Positions 24,869 to 39,995 of a DNA stretch of 64,000 nt are shown one piece after another. Under the pieces are notes generated by a model. That model did no database searches. It saw only the letters and a list, made by a program, of their open reading frames with translations, and was not told the origin of the DNA. The number at the start of each line of letters is the position of its first letter. Within the stretch, counting starts at the first letter, position 1. The DNA is from Eledone cirrhosa (lineage: Eukaryota), in NCBI GenBank assembly GCA_964016885.1, contig CAXHJY010001743.1:1-64000 (forward strand), read 5' to 3'. The position numbers and the translations under genes were made by a program.

Positions 24869-25210
24869 TTCCCCCCTCTCTCGCTCTTTCCCTCTCTCTC
24901 TTTCTCTCTCCCTCTCTTTATATATATATATACGTGTGTGTGTCTGTGTGTGGTGTGTGTTTGTGTGTGTGTATTTATATACGTATTTATATACATAGAT
25001 ATATGAATGTATGTATATACATATATGCATCAATGCATAAAAATATATATATATATATATACACGCTTACATACACATAAATAATAGATACATACACACA
25101 CACATACATACATATACACACACACATACATACATACATGCATGCATACATACATACATACATACATACATACATACATACATACATACATACATACATA
25201 CATACATACA

Positions 25211-25242
<32 letters not shown>

Positions 25243-25450
25243 CACACAACTTCGTCTTACTGCTAGATGTTGTTTTCGTTTGAAGCAGTAGGACGCCATA
25301 CTTATTACCTGGCTAGAAATATGGCGACATCTAGGAATGCTGTTACGTGCTTCAAACTGAATAAGAGCTTACTTTAACCCTGATTAAATGCAAAAATATA
25401 TACTACAGACACTACAGAAAGTTTGATAGAACTTATACATATATACATAC

Positions 25451-25560
<110 letters not shown>

Positions 25561-25611
25561 TTATCTGTGTATATATTTATGTATGAATGTGTTTATTTAT
25601 GCATACGTATA

Positions 25612-25702
<91 letters not shown>

Positions 25703-26537
25703 TTATGTATATATGTGAAATTTTCGCCTCATTTCTTTCTTTTTTGTCCATTTATCCAATTTTCTTTTTGCAGTATTTCTATACTTTTTCTTTTTGCTTT
25801 ATGTTTCTCACTCATAATCTTTTTTTTATTATCTCCCTTAATGCATTATTATTTTATTGTTTTCTTTTCCATCGCTCATTTTAATATTTCTTATTTCCTT
25901 TTTTCTTAATTTCATTCGTACTTTGTACTTTCATTTATTGTATTTCTATCAAATCATTCCACATAATTTCCTTCATATTATTTCTCCCGGTAGATGTCTT
26001 CAACAATGGGTCCACACGAGCCAATGAGGGAGCTTTTACGTGAATATTCGATGTGCTAGAAATAGCAGCCAAATTCTTCCTATAATCTCACCCCATCGTC
26101 TTGAAAATCGACAGTTTGGACAATATAATTATTGATACACTGAACATAAGGAAAATACGGTTTTGTTGACGACTGGAATAGTTCTGATCATATGTCTGCT
26201 CAAAACCTTCGGACAGATCCATGTTTTATATATGAAATTGGGCAGGAAAGAATTTTGTAGAAACCCATCGTATCTACAGTTTACGTAATTTAAGAACAAG
26301 TCTTAGATAAGATATTTAAGATATAGAGTTAGTGCATATGAAATACTCACTCATATACTTTAGATGATGGATCCCGAAACGTTTTAGAACCCTGATCTCT
26401 TCATGGAATCCTCGACACCTCATAGACTCCTAGCTATGTAAAAAATAAGTATATCAGTAATCAGAATATAAATGACTATAAATAATAGTTTTATTTAAAT
26501 CAGAAACCTGTATGAGTGAATTGAATTTTATTGTATT

Positions 26538-26718
26538 ATGCTTTGCGGCATAGAGTTACGGGCATTTACATTCTGAGTGCAAATCCCGCCGAGGTTAGCT
26601 TTGCCTTTCACCCTTACGGGGTCGATAAAATAATGCACCAGTAATGTACTGGGGTCGTTTTAATCGAGTTTCCCTTCTCCAAAACAATTGTTGACCTTGT
26701 GCCTAAAGTAGAAACCGT
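26538..26718 (+). mobile_element. Meta-like tRNA SINE (5' truncated)
   Basis: CTTTGCCTTTCACCCTTACGGGGTCGATAAAAT core and GTGCCTAAAGTAGAAAC tail. Confidence 0.8.
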
Positions 26719-26872
26719 TATTTTATGTATTTTCATTTCTTATAAAAATGTCAGGTTTTACCCAAAATTTCAATGGACCATCTTGTGAACTGTATATGTA
26801 ATTCAAAAGACCAGTTACCGAACTTATTGTATACTGCTACGTTGATTTTGCCGGAATTGTAGGTTGAGGCAC

Positions 26873-27850
26873 ATACCTCCCCATGAGGCATTATCTAATA
26901 GCTAGAACGATCTGGAATGCATTACGGAAGACGAAAATCAAATCAAATAGGGAGGAATATGTGAAGACTGATGGCTCTAAGGAATACTGGTGGAACCTTA
27001 AAATAAAAATTACCACCAACTTAAAGCAAAACCGGTCTGATATTGTTGTTTGGGATCACGCATTAAAATATTCTGTTGAAGAAGAGTGCTGCCCACTTGA
27101 TGTGAATGTGTTGAGAAAAATTCATTGATGAGGAATTTGCAGATCCAATACCCAAGATACATGTTCAGCTTCATACCCGTCATTACTGGAGGTATAGATT
27201 ATATACCAACCTACTTGGACCAAAGTATAACTGAGCTTCGAGTTGTGGAGAAAAAATGCCGCTCTTTAATTCATAAGCTACAAATGCCGCGATATCTGGA
27301 ACCTTAAACAATCTGTAAAACATTGTTACACAAGAGACAACGTCAATTTTCTTTACTTTAGAACCTTGCCACTGGGAAGGTAGCCGGTCGAATTTAAACT
27401 CAAAATTAAGAGAGAGAACATAATACACATCTACATACATACATACATACATACATACATACATACATACATACATACATACATACATACATACATACAT
27501 AATATATACAACGTTGTAAGAAAAATACAGAAGGAGGACATCTACGGACCATTGATGAGGAGTTTACAGATCCAGTATCCAAGATACACCTTCAGCTTCA
27601 TACCCATCATTCTTGGAGATACAGGTTATGTACCAACCCGCTTGGACCAAAGTATAACTGAACTAGGATTTGTTGACAAAGAACGCAGCTCTCTAATTCA
27701 TAGTTTACAAATGGCTGCGATAGCTGACACCTTCAAAATTTTCAAAATTTTCTTGCGATTCAAGAGATGACAATTTCTTTTCTTTTACAACCTTGACACC
27801 AGGAAGATGGCCGGTCAAAAATGAACAGCAAATTAAGAGAAAGAGAAACG
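26873..27850 (+). mobile_element. Two 3' fragments of the R4/Dong-like LINE (26873-27430 and 27505-27850) separated by (CATA)n
   Basis: ORFs 26883, 27125 and 27552 align with the C-terminus of ORF 59244-60686 (KEYWWNLKIK, NRSDIVVWDH, LQIQYPRYTFSFIP). Confidence 0.9.
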
Positions 27851-28739
27851 TACATATGTGTATTCATTATGGAAATGTAAGTATTGTTAAATAAGCATAA
27901 ATTAAAAATCTGAAACACACAAAATATGTCAAACCAGACACAGACTGAATCGATGAATAATATTTCAAATGGCAGTAGAGATCAATATCTAATAATCAAT
28001 ATATGATAGTAACAGATACTTGCCAAAATTGACATGAAACTCTTTGATAATGGTTTCTGATTTAGGTACAAGACCAACAATTTTTTTAACGACGCCAGTG
28101 TGTTTTAAAGTGTTCCTCAAAGAGCTCAACGTCAATGCTGACGCGACGAAGTCTTTGAGGGGGAGCGAGTACAACATAATCCATATGCATTCCACAAGTT
28201 GAAAGGAAACGCTCAGTTTATAATGCACGAGCCACATCTTCTTTCACGTAGGGCAATTAGCTAGGGTGCATCCGTTATCCTCGTTGTGGGTGCTGTCTTG
28301 TGGAGAGACATCTTTGCAGGGAAGGTCCAGAGTGAGCTAGCTTGACATCCCACTAAGCACACTTACATTCACGCACACACATGCACATATCCCACTAATC
28401 ACACTTACATTCATGCACACACATGCATATATCATACACTTTTTCCCAGACATTTCACAACGCACACGCTCAAAATTATAACGTCTTTTCATTACATTTA
28501 ACTTAAATCTACCTTCCTAACAACGCATATCCGATCGATCCTTTAAGACCTTCACACTACCTTGATAACGGGTTTTAAAACCCGAAAATATTTGGGATTG
28601 TTAAATTTGCTAAGGTAAGATTATATTGTTATCTTGGCAATTTTAATTTTCTAATGAATTGTATTGTATGGTTTTCAAAATTATTCAAATTTATATTTCC
28701 TATTCAACAATGCTTCAAACAAACTACAACACTCTATGG

Positions 28740-28812
<73 letters not shown>

Positions 28813-28819
<7 letters not shown>

Positions 28820-29708
28820 ATGCTTTGGGAGGGTCATGTTGCTAATAAGAAACACATGCACCAGTTGCTTTCACTCCAATTTATTATAAATTAAATTTAT
28901 AAATTTAAGAATTTATAAATTTCCGGTTGGTTGGTAGGTTCCATAACCGGACGGTTGTTCATATATTGTCAAAGATCTTTCGTCACACATTCTCTGACCT
29001 CTTCGGTGACTGGGGATTCTTTTCTTTGTTTTTGTGCCTCTCCTTTGTTCTATCCTACGCCATCTTGTTTTTGTGTGTGTTGTGTACTTAGTTTGCGCAT
29101 GTGTTATATCCGGGTGTCTGTGTCTGTTTTTATTTGTTTATTTATTTGTTTATTTACATGTTACTGGTTGGTTGTTTGTTCTATGTGTGCGTTTTCATTT
29201 TGTCCTTAATTGTAAGTTTTGATGTTGCTATTCCATTCATGTTTTCTATTTAGTTTTGGCTGGAGTTCATTTATGTTTATTGCCTCTGTGATTTGTCTAA
29301 ACATTGCGTCTTTTCTGTGTGTAGATTTTATTGTTATTTCTATGTTCTCTAATTTGCCATTATGTTCTATTTTAGCATGTTGGTGGAGTACTGATGAATA
29401 TTTTCTATCTTGAGCTCTCGCCAGTGTTCATTTAATCGTTCTCCTATACTACGAGCTGTCTCACCTATGTACACTATATTCTTATCTTTACATTGTCCTT
29501 CAGTACATATGCTATATACTATGTTTCTAGTGTTACAGTTAATATGGACGCTTAGTTTACAGATTATGCATTTCTTATCTATACAGGGAGGTCTTTGAAA
29601 AAAGTATGTATTACTAATAAGTGTTTTTATGGAGGTACCTGGTCTTTCTACTATCTTAATATATAGTTTAAGTTTAGCTAGGGCCCTTCTAAATTTGTAA
29701 GCTAATTT
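28813..29708 (-). mobile_element. Second Neptune-like Penelope 3' fragment (GIY-YIG plus HHR terminal region)
   Basis: Colinear with 13022-13885; encodes YIGETARSIGERLNEHW; ends at (TA)n. Confidence 0.85.
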
Positions 29709-30154
29709 GAAAAAAAAAACCCCTGTAAAGGTCGATATAATCGACTAAATCAAGGCGATGCCTTAGCATGGCCGCATTCAATGGAATAGTGAAAGAATAA
29801 ATCTGTGAAAAAACAAAAACATTTCTGAGGACAAAAGTTGACAATTGTATAGATAAGTTTGTTCGATGAGATTGATACCAATGTAAGTAGATTTAGTATT
29901 TAATTTAGTACTTTCGACTTCTCTGGTATTTTCTTTGCGAGCGTGATGGTGTGTGTATGTATGAGAAAGAACACAAACACGCTAACTGTGTATATATAAA
30001 TTCTTTAGCAACTAGATATATATATGTTTATATATATATATACACACAAATACATACAACACATATACATATATGCATGCATAAATATATATACACACAC
30101 ACGCACGTATCTATATATATATATGTATATGTATATATGATATATAAAATTATG

Positions 30155-30185
<31 letters not shown>

Positions 30186-30204
30186 ATGTATGCGTGTATA
30201 CACA

Positions 30205-30730
<526 letters not shown>

Positions 30731-31185
30731 TGTATACTCCAGTCCTACAAACTGTAGAGTGCTTCTTATCCGATATCTGCATTGCTTTATTGTACTACAA
30801 TAAAACTCACCTCCTACATTATATATTTATATATATATATATTCAGCCATGTAGAACGATAAACTGTTTGTTTATATATATATATGTATGTATATGTGTG
30901 TGTATATATACACTCATACACACACAGACGTACACATATATATGCACACAAGCACACATTAATATATGTAATTTTGTCTAATTCAAAACTACTAAATAGA
31001 AAAGAAAAGAATGTAGGATACGAAATTAATTAAAAACCCTGTTGTTTGTGCAAAGGTATTAAGGAAAAGAGGAAAAATAACGGAAAATAGAGGTGTAGGA
31101 AGGGGTGATCTACTTGTAGAGAAGAGGGTCATGTGATGAACGTAATTGTTTAGCGCGTTCTTTAGAAAGAATATGTGTATATGTT

Positions 31186-31220
<35 letters not shown>

Positions 31221-31423
31221 ATATGTATATATGTATATATAAGAATATACATATATATATATGTGTATATCTATATGTATGTATACATATTTGTATGTAT
31301 GTATTTATATAGATGTATGTGTGTATGTATGTATATATAAGTATGTATTTATGTATATATATATATATATATATATGAATGTATGTATATATATATATTT
31401 ATATGTATATATGTATGTGTATG

Positions 31424-31489
<66 letters not shown>

Positions 31490-31610
31490 AATGTATGTAT
31501 ATATGTATGTGTGCATGTATGTATGTATATATATATGTGTATGTGTGTATTTATATGTGTATGTATGTATATATGTATATATGTATGTGTGTATGTATGT
31601 ACATATATAC

Positions 31611-31684
<74 letters not shown>

Positions 31685-32029
31685 ATATATATATATGTGT
31701 GTGTATGTATGTATATATGTGTATGTATATATATATATATGTGTGTGTATGTATATATATATATATATGTGTGTATGTATATATATATATATGTATGTAT
31801 GTAAATATATATGTATGTATGTAAATATATATGTATGTATATATATATATAAGTGTATATATGTATTATAAGGTTACGACAATGAAATTCTATACGGATT
31901 TGACTTTCATATAACAATTCCGATTTATTTCATTATTCTCTGTGATTTTTTTATTTTTTATTCATTTTTGCTCATCACACACTTCCCTTACCCCGCACTC
32001 ATTCTTTTTCTCCCCCCCCCCTCTCTCTC

Positions 32030-32136
<107 letters not shown>

Positions 32137-32147
32137 ATATATATACA

Positions 32148-32181
<34 letters not shown>

Positions 32182-32364
32182 CATATATATATATACATAT
32201 ATATATATATAGACACACACACACACATATATATATATATACATATGTGTGTGTGTGTATATATATATGTGTATATATATGTATATATATGTATATATAT
32301 ATATGTGTGTGTGTATATATATATGTATATATATATATATATATATTTATACACACACACACAC

Positions 32365-32439
<75 letters not shown>

Positions 32440-32513
32440 TATATATATATGTGTGTGTGTATAAATATATATATATATACATATATATATACACACACAC
32501 TTATATATATATG

Positions 32514-32581
<68 letters not shown>

Positions 32582-32927
32582 TATATATCATTATTCCCTT
32601 CTCCCCCTCACACTGGTCTCCACGTTATCTATTGGAAGATAAACGTTCCATTAATCCTCACACATTTCCCTAAACCATGCGTACTTGTTTAAGAGTATAC
32701 ACATATACACATACAGACAGACTCACTCACACCAACAAACTCGCATACACACACACATACGGACACAGACACATACAGACACACAAGCACAATGAAACGC
32801 ATCCACATATACGTGTATGTATTGGGTCGTCAAATATGCAATTTGTAGAAAAAAACATGACCATATGCCTCACTACAAATTTCATGTTTGACTCTCTCCC
32901 TCTTTATATATATATATATATATATAC

Positions 32928-32967
<40 letters not shown>

Positions 32968-33014
32968 TATATACACATATATATATATACATATATATAT
33001 ATATATGTACACAC

Positions 33015-33322
33015 CCTCAGTGTATACTGATTAATGTTCAGAGCTGTATGGGAGCATCCCAAAAGTCAGCTCAAAAGTGACACAGAGGAGACTGAGGTTA
33101 GCTGGACATGTTCACCGACATCCAGAGTTGACATTGCACTCAGTGCTCCTTTGGGAGCCCCTACGTGGACACACTAAAAGAGGAAGACCAAGGTTAACGT
33201 ATGTTGATGCCCTAAGGACAGACACTGGTCTGTTGAAGACGCAGGACATGGTAGTGATGATGAAGGACAGAGACCGCTGGAGAGAACTCGTCCATGGATC
33301 TCGGGAATTTTACCCGCCTTAG
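33015..33322 (+). mobile_element. RTE-like LINE 3' fragment (distinct family); scraps at 19018-19065 and 19385-19414
   Basis: ELYGSIPKVSSKVTQRRLRLAGHVHRHPE...LLWEP...RGRPRLTYVD...DRDRWR. Confidence 0.8.
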
Positions 33323-33420
33323 AAAAATATGTACACACAAATATAAATATAAATACACACAGATATACTTATATATACACACATACACAAATGTACGCCT
33401 CGCACATTCACATACACTGT

Positions 33421-33479
<59 letters not shown>

Positions 33480-33488
33480 TAGATATAT

Positions 33489-33680
33489 AAAGAAGGAAGT
33501 GTGGTAAAGAACCAGGTGGACCATAACGCACCAGAGTACTCGATACTTAGGGTAGTAGAGTGGGTAATAGGAAAGAGTCAGGACCACCACGGCTGAGCTC
33601 CGGCTGTTTCGACTACTAGATCCGGATCTAGCTGTCGAAACGGCCGGAGCCTAGCCGTCGGGGTCCTGACTCTTTGCCTA
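33489..33680 (-). mobile_element. Family Z copy with fold-back inverted duplication
   Basis: Arms 33568-~33620 and ~33626-33680, centred on GATCCGGATC. Confidence 0.8.
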
Positions 33681-34064
33681 TATATATATATATATATATA
33701 ATAAAGGTAACGAAGATCGCTGGTCTAAATACAGCGTCCCCCAGCCAGCGTCTAGCTCACTCAATGAACCTGGCGAATTGCAGTAATGTAGCTGCAATCA
33801 ACTGTTCAGAGTGCACACATTTAATTTACTGTAAACAGTTGGCTTTGTTTAGTTAGAGATAGATGTAAATATCTCCCTCCTGGCCGATCGTTTCTGTATA
33901 ATATATCTTTACAAATGCAAATATTACGTCCGCATTGTTCAGAAAATCACACAAAATCAGCGGATATTTACGTAATCTGGCTATTACACGTCTTCAGCAG
34001 GATTTTCAAATCAAACGATAGTTGCGTGCAGTGTGAGCTAGCCATCACTACAGGATAAGTGGAT

Positions 34065-34240
34065 TGGCAGTATCGGTAGAGCGTCAGACTCCATGCTTTG
34101 CAGCACAGAGTTATCCTCCTTAACGGTCTGAGTTCAAATCCCGCCGAAGTTAACTTTGCCTTTCATCCTTACGAGGTCGATTAAATAAAGTTCCAGTAAT
34201 GAACTGGGGTGATTGCTGGCCTTGTGCCAAAAGTAGAAAT
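34065..34240 (+). mobile_element. Meta-like tRNA SINE
   Basis: TGGCAGTATCGG, GAGTTCAAATCC, GCCTTTCATCCTTACGAGGTCGAT. Confidence 0.85.
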
Positions 34241-34274
34241 AATTATATCATATAGTAAATAGAACTACAATATA

Positions 34275-34665
34275 CTCTCGGGTCTCGAATAATCGTCCAC
34301 AACTCAATTATTAATTTTTCAGATTGTGTCCACCCCCAACCCCTACCTTTGCTCTAATTCCAAAACCCACCCTACCCCGCTTAATAAATCTTGCTAATCT
34401 ATCTCCGGCAAGATATTATTTTAAGTGGCAGCATTCCTACGACAATTAATTTTCTTTATACATTAAAAAACATTATACATGACATACGGTATAAAATAAA
34501 TTGGATGGGTTTGGTGGGGGAGGGGGTTCACAATATGTAAACTAAAAAACTAATTCTGGTTTTTAAAAGATCAACGGAGACAATCTAGAAAAATTACCAA
34601 ATTTCTACTACCAAACCATCCACACCCGCTTATCTCAAACCACCCTATTATTTGGCATCCGAGAG
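34275..34665. mobile_element. MITE, probably Tc1/mariner superfamily
   Basis: Imperfect TIRs CTCTCGGGTCTCGAATAAT / ATTATTTGGCATCCGAGAG, with TA on both flanks. Confidence 0.65.
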
Positions 34666-34922
34666 TACTTAACAATCCTTTATCAATTTATTAATTTACT
34701 GGGTTTAGTCACTAAATTTAGGCTATGGTGGATTATCACTGTAAAGGGATTTCTAATCGATCATATTGATTCCTGTAATAATTTTCTTGAAGCCTTTTAC
34801 TTACCTTTTCGATAATATTTTTGTTGAGCCGCTAAGTTACAGAACCTCAACACAGAAACAGACACAAGGGTGAACACAAACACACACGCATATGTGTGTG
34901 TGTGTTTGTGTGTGTGTGTGTT

Positions 34923-34953
<31 letters not shown>

Positions 34954-35111
34954 ACATATGTATATGTGTATATCTGTATACAGACATGCATACATACATA
35001 CAAATATACATATATATGTAAGGGAGTCTGTCTTTGTAGCATATATATATGTAACTACATACTGTATATACGTATATTATGTATGTATATATATATATAT
35101 ATGCATATATA

Positions 35112-35200
<89 letters not shown>

Positions 35201-35431
35201 ATCTGTGTGTGTATGTATATATATATATAGGTATGTATGTATGAATAAATCTATAAATCTACACACATATAGACATGCGTACGTATGCATATTTGTATGT
35301 GAACGTATCTGTCACCGTGTGTGTCTGTATATTTATGTGTATATGTATGTGAGAGAGAGTGTGTGTGTGTATGTGTGGGTGTGTGGATGTGGGCGTGTGT
35401 GGGTGTGTGTGGTGTGTGTGTGTGTGTGTGT

Positions 35432-35509
<78 letters not shown>

Positions 35510-36061
35510 CTGCGTTTGTGTTTGTAGGTTCCAGGCAATTTACGGACGAGTGAATATTTCATGTGCAGCTAAATATGAAAGTTCGAATTTAATCGTGAAT
35601 GAACCTTTTGCAAACAATTAAGGAGAACGTTTAAAACAACAACAACAACAACAACAGCAACAACAACAACAACAGCAACAACAACAGCCAAAACATCTTC
35701 AAAATAACAACAACTACAAAAACATTTTCACGTACAACATCAAGAACAACCTTAAAAATTAAAAAAACCACAACAACAACAACATCAAACACAACCTCAA
35801 ATACAGCAACAGCAACATCAACAACAAAACAACAGCAACATCAACAACAAAACAACAGCAACAACGTCAACGTCAAGAATAAGCTCAACTACATCTACAA
35901 CAACAACAACAACAACAGCAACTAAATGTTCTATAGATATGGTGCAGGGATAGTTGTATAGGGACCTGGAATGTGAGATTGAAAACAACAACAACTAGAA
36001 CAACAACAACAACAGCTAAAGCAACGATGGCAACTTCAACAACAACAACAACAACAACAAT

Positions 36062-36100
<39 letters not shown>

Positions 36101-36328
36101 ATAACACCAACTACGACAACAGTAACAACATTAACAATAACAGCATAAATTTCAATTGAATAAATAAATGGATTGAAATAAAAATAAAAAATAAAAATAT
36201 ATATATATATATATACATAACATGGCGGTGTACAAACATTCGCTTAATATCACTATGTATATTAGGACATATATATATATAATATATATATATACATTAT
36301 ATATATGTGTGTGTGGTGTGTGTATGTT

Positions 36329-36362
<34 letters not shown>

Positions 36363-36584
36363 GTGTGTGTGTATGTTTGTGTGTATATATATATACATGT
36401 ATATGTATGCTTATATATATATATATATATAATATACATACATACACACACATATATATATATATATATATGTGTGTATGTGTGTGTGTGTGTATGTTTG
36501 TGTATATATATACATATGTATGCATGTATGAAGTATGTTTGTATACATACATATACATATACATACATACATATATATATGTGA

Positions 36585-36627
<43 letters not shown>

Positions 36628-36657
36628 CATACATACACATATACATACATACATATA

Positions 36658-36712
<55 letters not shown>

Positions 36713-37022
36713 ATGTACATGTATGTATAATATCGCATATTACATTATACAAGCTAAGGTGCACAAAATTATTTGTAGGTTCTTTTTTGTCCATGAGCCC
36801 TTACCAACCACCAACCACCAACCACCCCAACCACCAATCACCCCAACCACCAACCACCCCAACCATCAACCACCCCAATCACCAACCACCCCAACCCACT
36901 CTTTATTCCATTCCTCCAAATTGGAAAAAAAAAGAAAGTTTTTAAAAAGGGAGATAAAAATTTACAATTTGTTCTTTCATTTCTGGTTTCTTCATTTTGA
37001 GGTATGTATATAATACAACAGT

Positions 37023-37130
<108 letters not shown>

Positions 37131-37512
37131 GAATGGTTGATGCATTGCCATCAGTGACGACGAGGAGTCTTCCAGTTTTGTTATTTTATCAGTGAGCAAT
37201 GGACGAAAGCATTCCATGAATGCGTGTACCCATAACGCAAACTCAGGAAGATTCAGGATCACACAGTGTCTAATAAGGGTAGCCTTTTGAATTACAAGTA
37301 TAGTAGTCTATCTGGTTATATAGTGTAAGTGACTAAGCATTCCAACGACACGTGTATCCTTACCGCAAATCTCAGGAAGATTCAGTGTCACAATAGATGG
37401 ATGGATGGACGACAGAGAGGAAGACACAAACAGAGAGAGGGAGAAGGAGAAAAGAAAGAGATAGATAGATAGGTAGAGAGAAATAGAGAGAGAGAGAGAG
37501 AGAGAGAGAGAA

Positions 37513-37549
<37 letters not shown>

Positions 37550-37765
37550 AAGAGAGAGATAGAGAAAGGTAGATAGATAGGTACATAGGTAGGTATGTAG
37601 ATAGGGAGGTAGAGAGAGGAAGAGAAGAAAGAGATTGATAGATAGAGAGAGTGAGTGAGAGATAGATAGATTGATTGGTATATATTTATATATAGAGAGA
37701 GGGAGAGAGAGAGTGTGAGAGAGAGATAGATTGATATATATATATATATATACATATATATATAC

Positions 37766-37840
<75 letters not shown>

Positions 37841-38266
37841 GAGAGAGAGAGAGGGAGAGAGAGAGAGCGGAGAAAGAGTGAGAAGCATGTAGGTAATTAG
37901 TTGGTTTATTTAACTTCTATCCATCGTTGAATGCATCAATTTGCAATGCCTTCTGCTGCACACAGATGTTGCAGCAATTTTACACACAATAAACAACAAC
38001 AACACTACTTTACTATTGTTCATATTATTTTTATTTCTCATGCTTCGTTGTTTTCTTTGGTTTGTCTCTTTGTTGTTGCTGTTGTTGCTGTTGTTGTTGT
38101 TGATACTGTTGTTGCTGTTGTTATTATTTTATCTTCAAATCTACATCTCAAACATGTACTACGTTACTGTTGATGTAGTTGTTCTTGTTGTTGTTGTTCT
38201 TGTTGATGTAGTTGTTGTTATTGTTGTTGTTGTTGTTGATGATGTTGTTGATGGTGTTGTTCTTAC

Positions 38267-38309
<43 letters not shown>

Positions 38310-39088
38310 ATTCTGATTGCTGTTGTTGATGTTGTTGTTGTTACGATCGTTGTTTTATCTACAAAACTACTCCTCAAACATGTACTACGTTGATGTTGTT
38401 GTTGTTGTTGTTTTTGTGTGTTACTGTTGTTGTTGTTGTTGTTGCTGTTGTTGTTACTGTTGTTACTGTTGTTGTTGTTGTTGTTACTGTTGCTGTCGTT
38501 GCTGTTGTTGGTGTTGATGTTACTGTTGCTGTCGTTGCTTTTATTGTTGTTGTTACTGTTGTTACAGTTGTTATTCTTACTGCAGTTGTTGCTGTTGTTG
38601 TTGTTGTTGTTGACGATGTTCTTACAGTTGCTGCTGTTAATGATGCTGCTGTTGTTGCTGCTGTTGCTGTTGTTGTTGTTGTTGTTGTTGTAGAGTTAAT
38701 CAAGCTTCAGCTAAAATGATAGGGAAATGAAGAGTATTAATGTATAGAAGGAGGTGTAAGAGATAGAGAGGAGTGGACAGATTAGGGAGGGGGATAGAGA
38801 GTGAGTGAGAATGTGTCATAGTGATAGACAAAGACAGCAAGGGACAGAATGTGTGGTGGCGGTGGGGGTATACAGTGTGAGACAGAGAGACAGAGATAGA
38901 GAGAGAAATGGAAGAATGAGAATGGTAAAATGGAAGAATGAGTATGGTAAAATGAGAATGTGAAAGAGACAGAAAGAGAGAGAGAAATGGAAGAAGAGAG
39001 AGAGTATGGCAAATGACACGAAGGAACATGGAGTGGCTGAGATTTTTTCCTGTCTAAGGGAATGGGATATATATATATAAGCCTCCAC

Positions 39089-39195
<107 letters not shown>

Positions 39196-39310
39196 TGTGT
39201 ATATATATATATACATATGTATATACGTATATATATATATATATATACACATATATATATACATATATTTACATATACATATACACACATATACAGTATA
39301 TATATGTATG

Positions 39311-39411
<101 letters not shown>

Positions 39412-39995
39412 TATATAATGTGTGTATATACTGAGTGAGAGAGAGACAGACAGAGAGAGAGAGAGAGAGAAATACAGGGAGTAGGCGAGATTTCGGTGAA
39501 TGACACGAGAGAGATGGCGGAGGGTGGGTGTTTTTCTGTCTTTTAACATGTCTCACGGCACAGCACATACTTTAATTGCAACTAAGCAATTGAAATATAA
39601 ACACAAAATTGCAAATGTACATGCATACATACATGCATACATATACACTTACACATACATATACACATACATATACACTTACACATACATATACACATGC
39701 ATATACACTTACACATACATATACACATACATATACACTTACACATACATATACACATACATATACACTTACACATACATATACACATACACACATATAT
39801 ATATATATATACATACATGCATACATACGTACGTAAGTAAACATATAATACTTAAATAGACACATACATACATACATACATACATACATACATACATACA
39901 TACATACATACATACACACATACACACACACATACATACATACATACATACATACATACATACATACATACATACATACATACATACACACATAC

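Noticed and set aside
34065-34145. tRNA gene
   Set aside because: A/B boxes belong to a multicopy SINE head; no cloverleaf
37990-38700. Thr-rich mucin-like or poly-Cys ORFs
   Set aside because: Degenerate (GTT)n microsatellite
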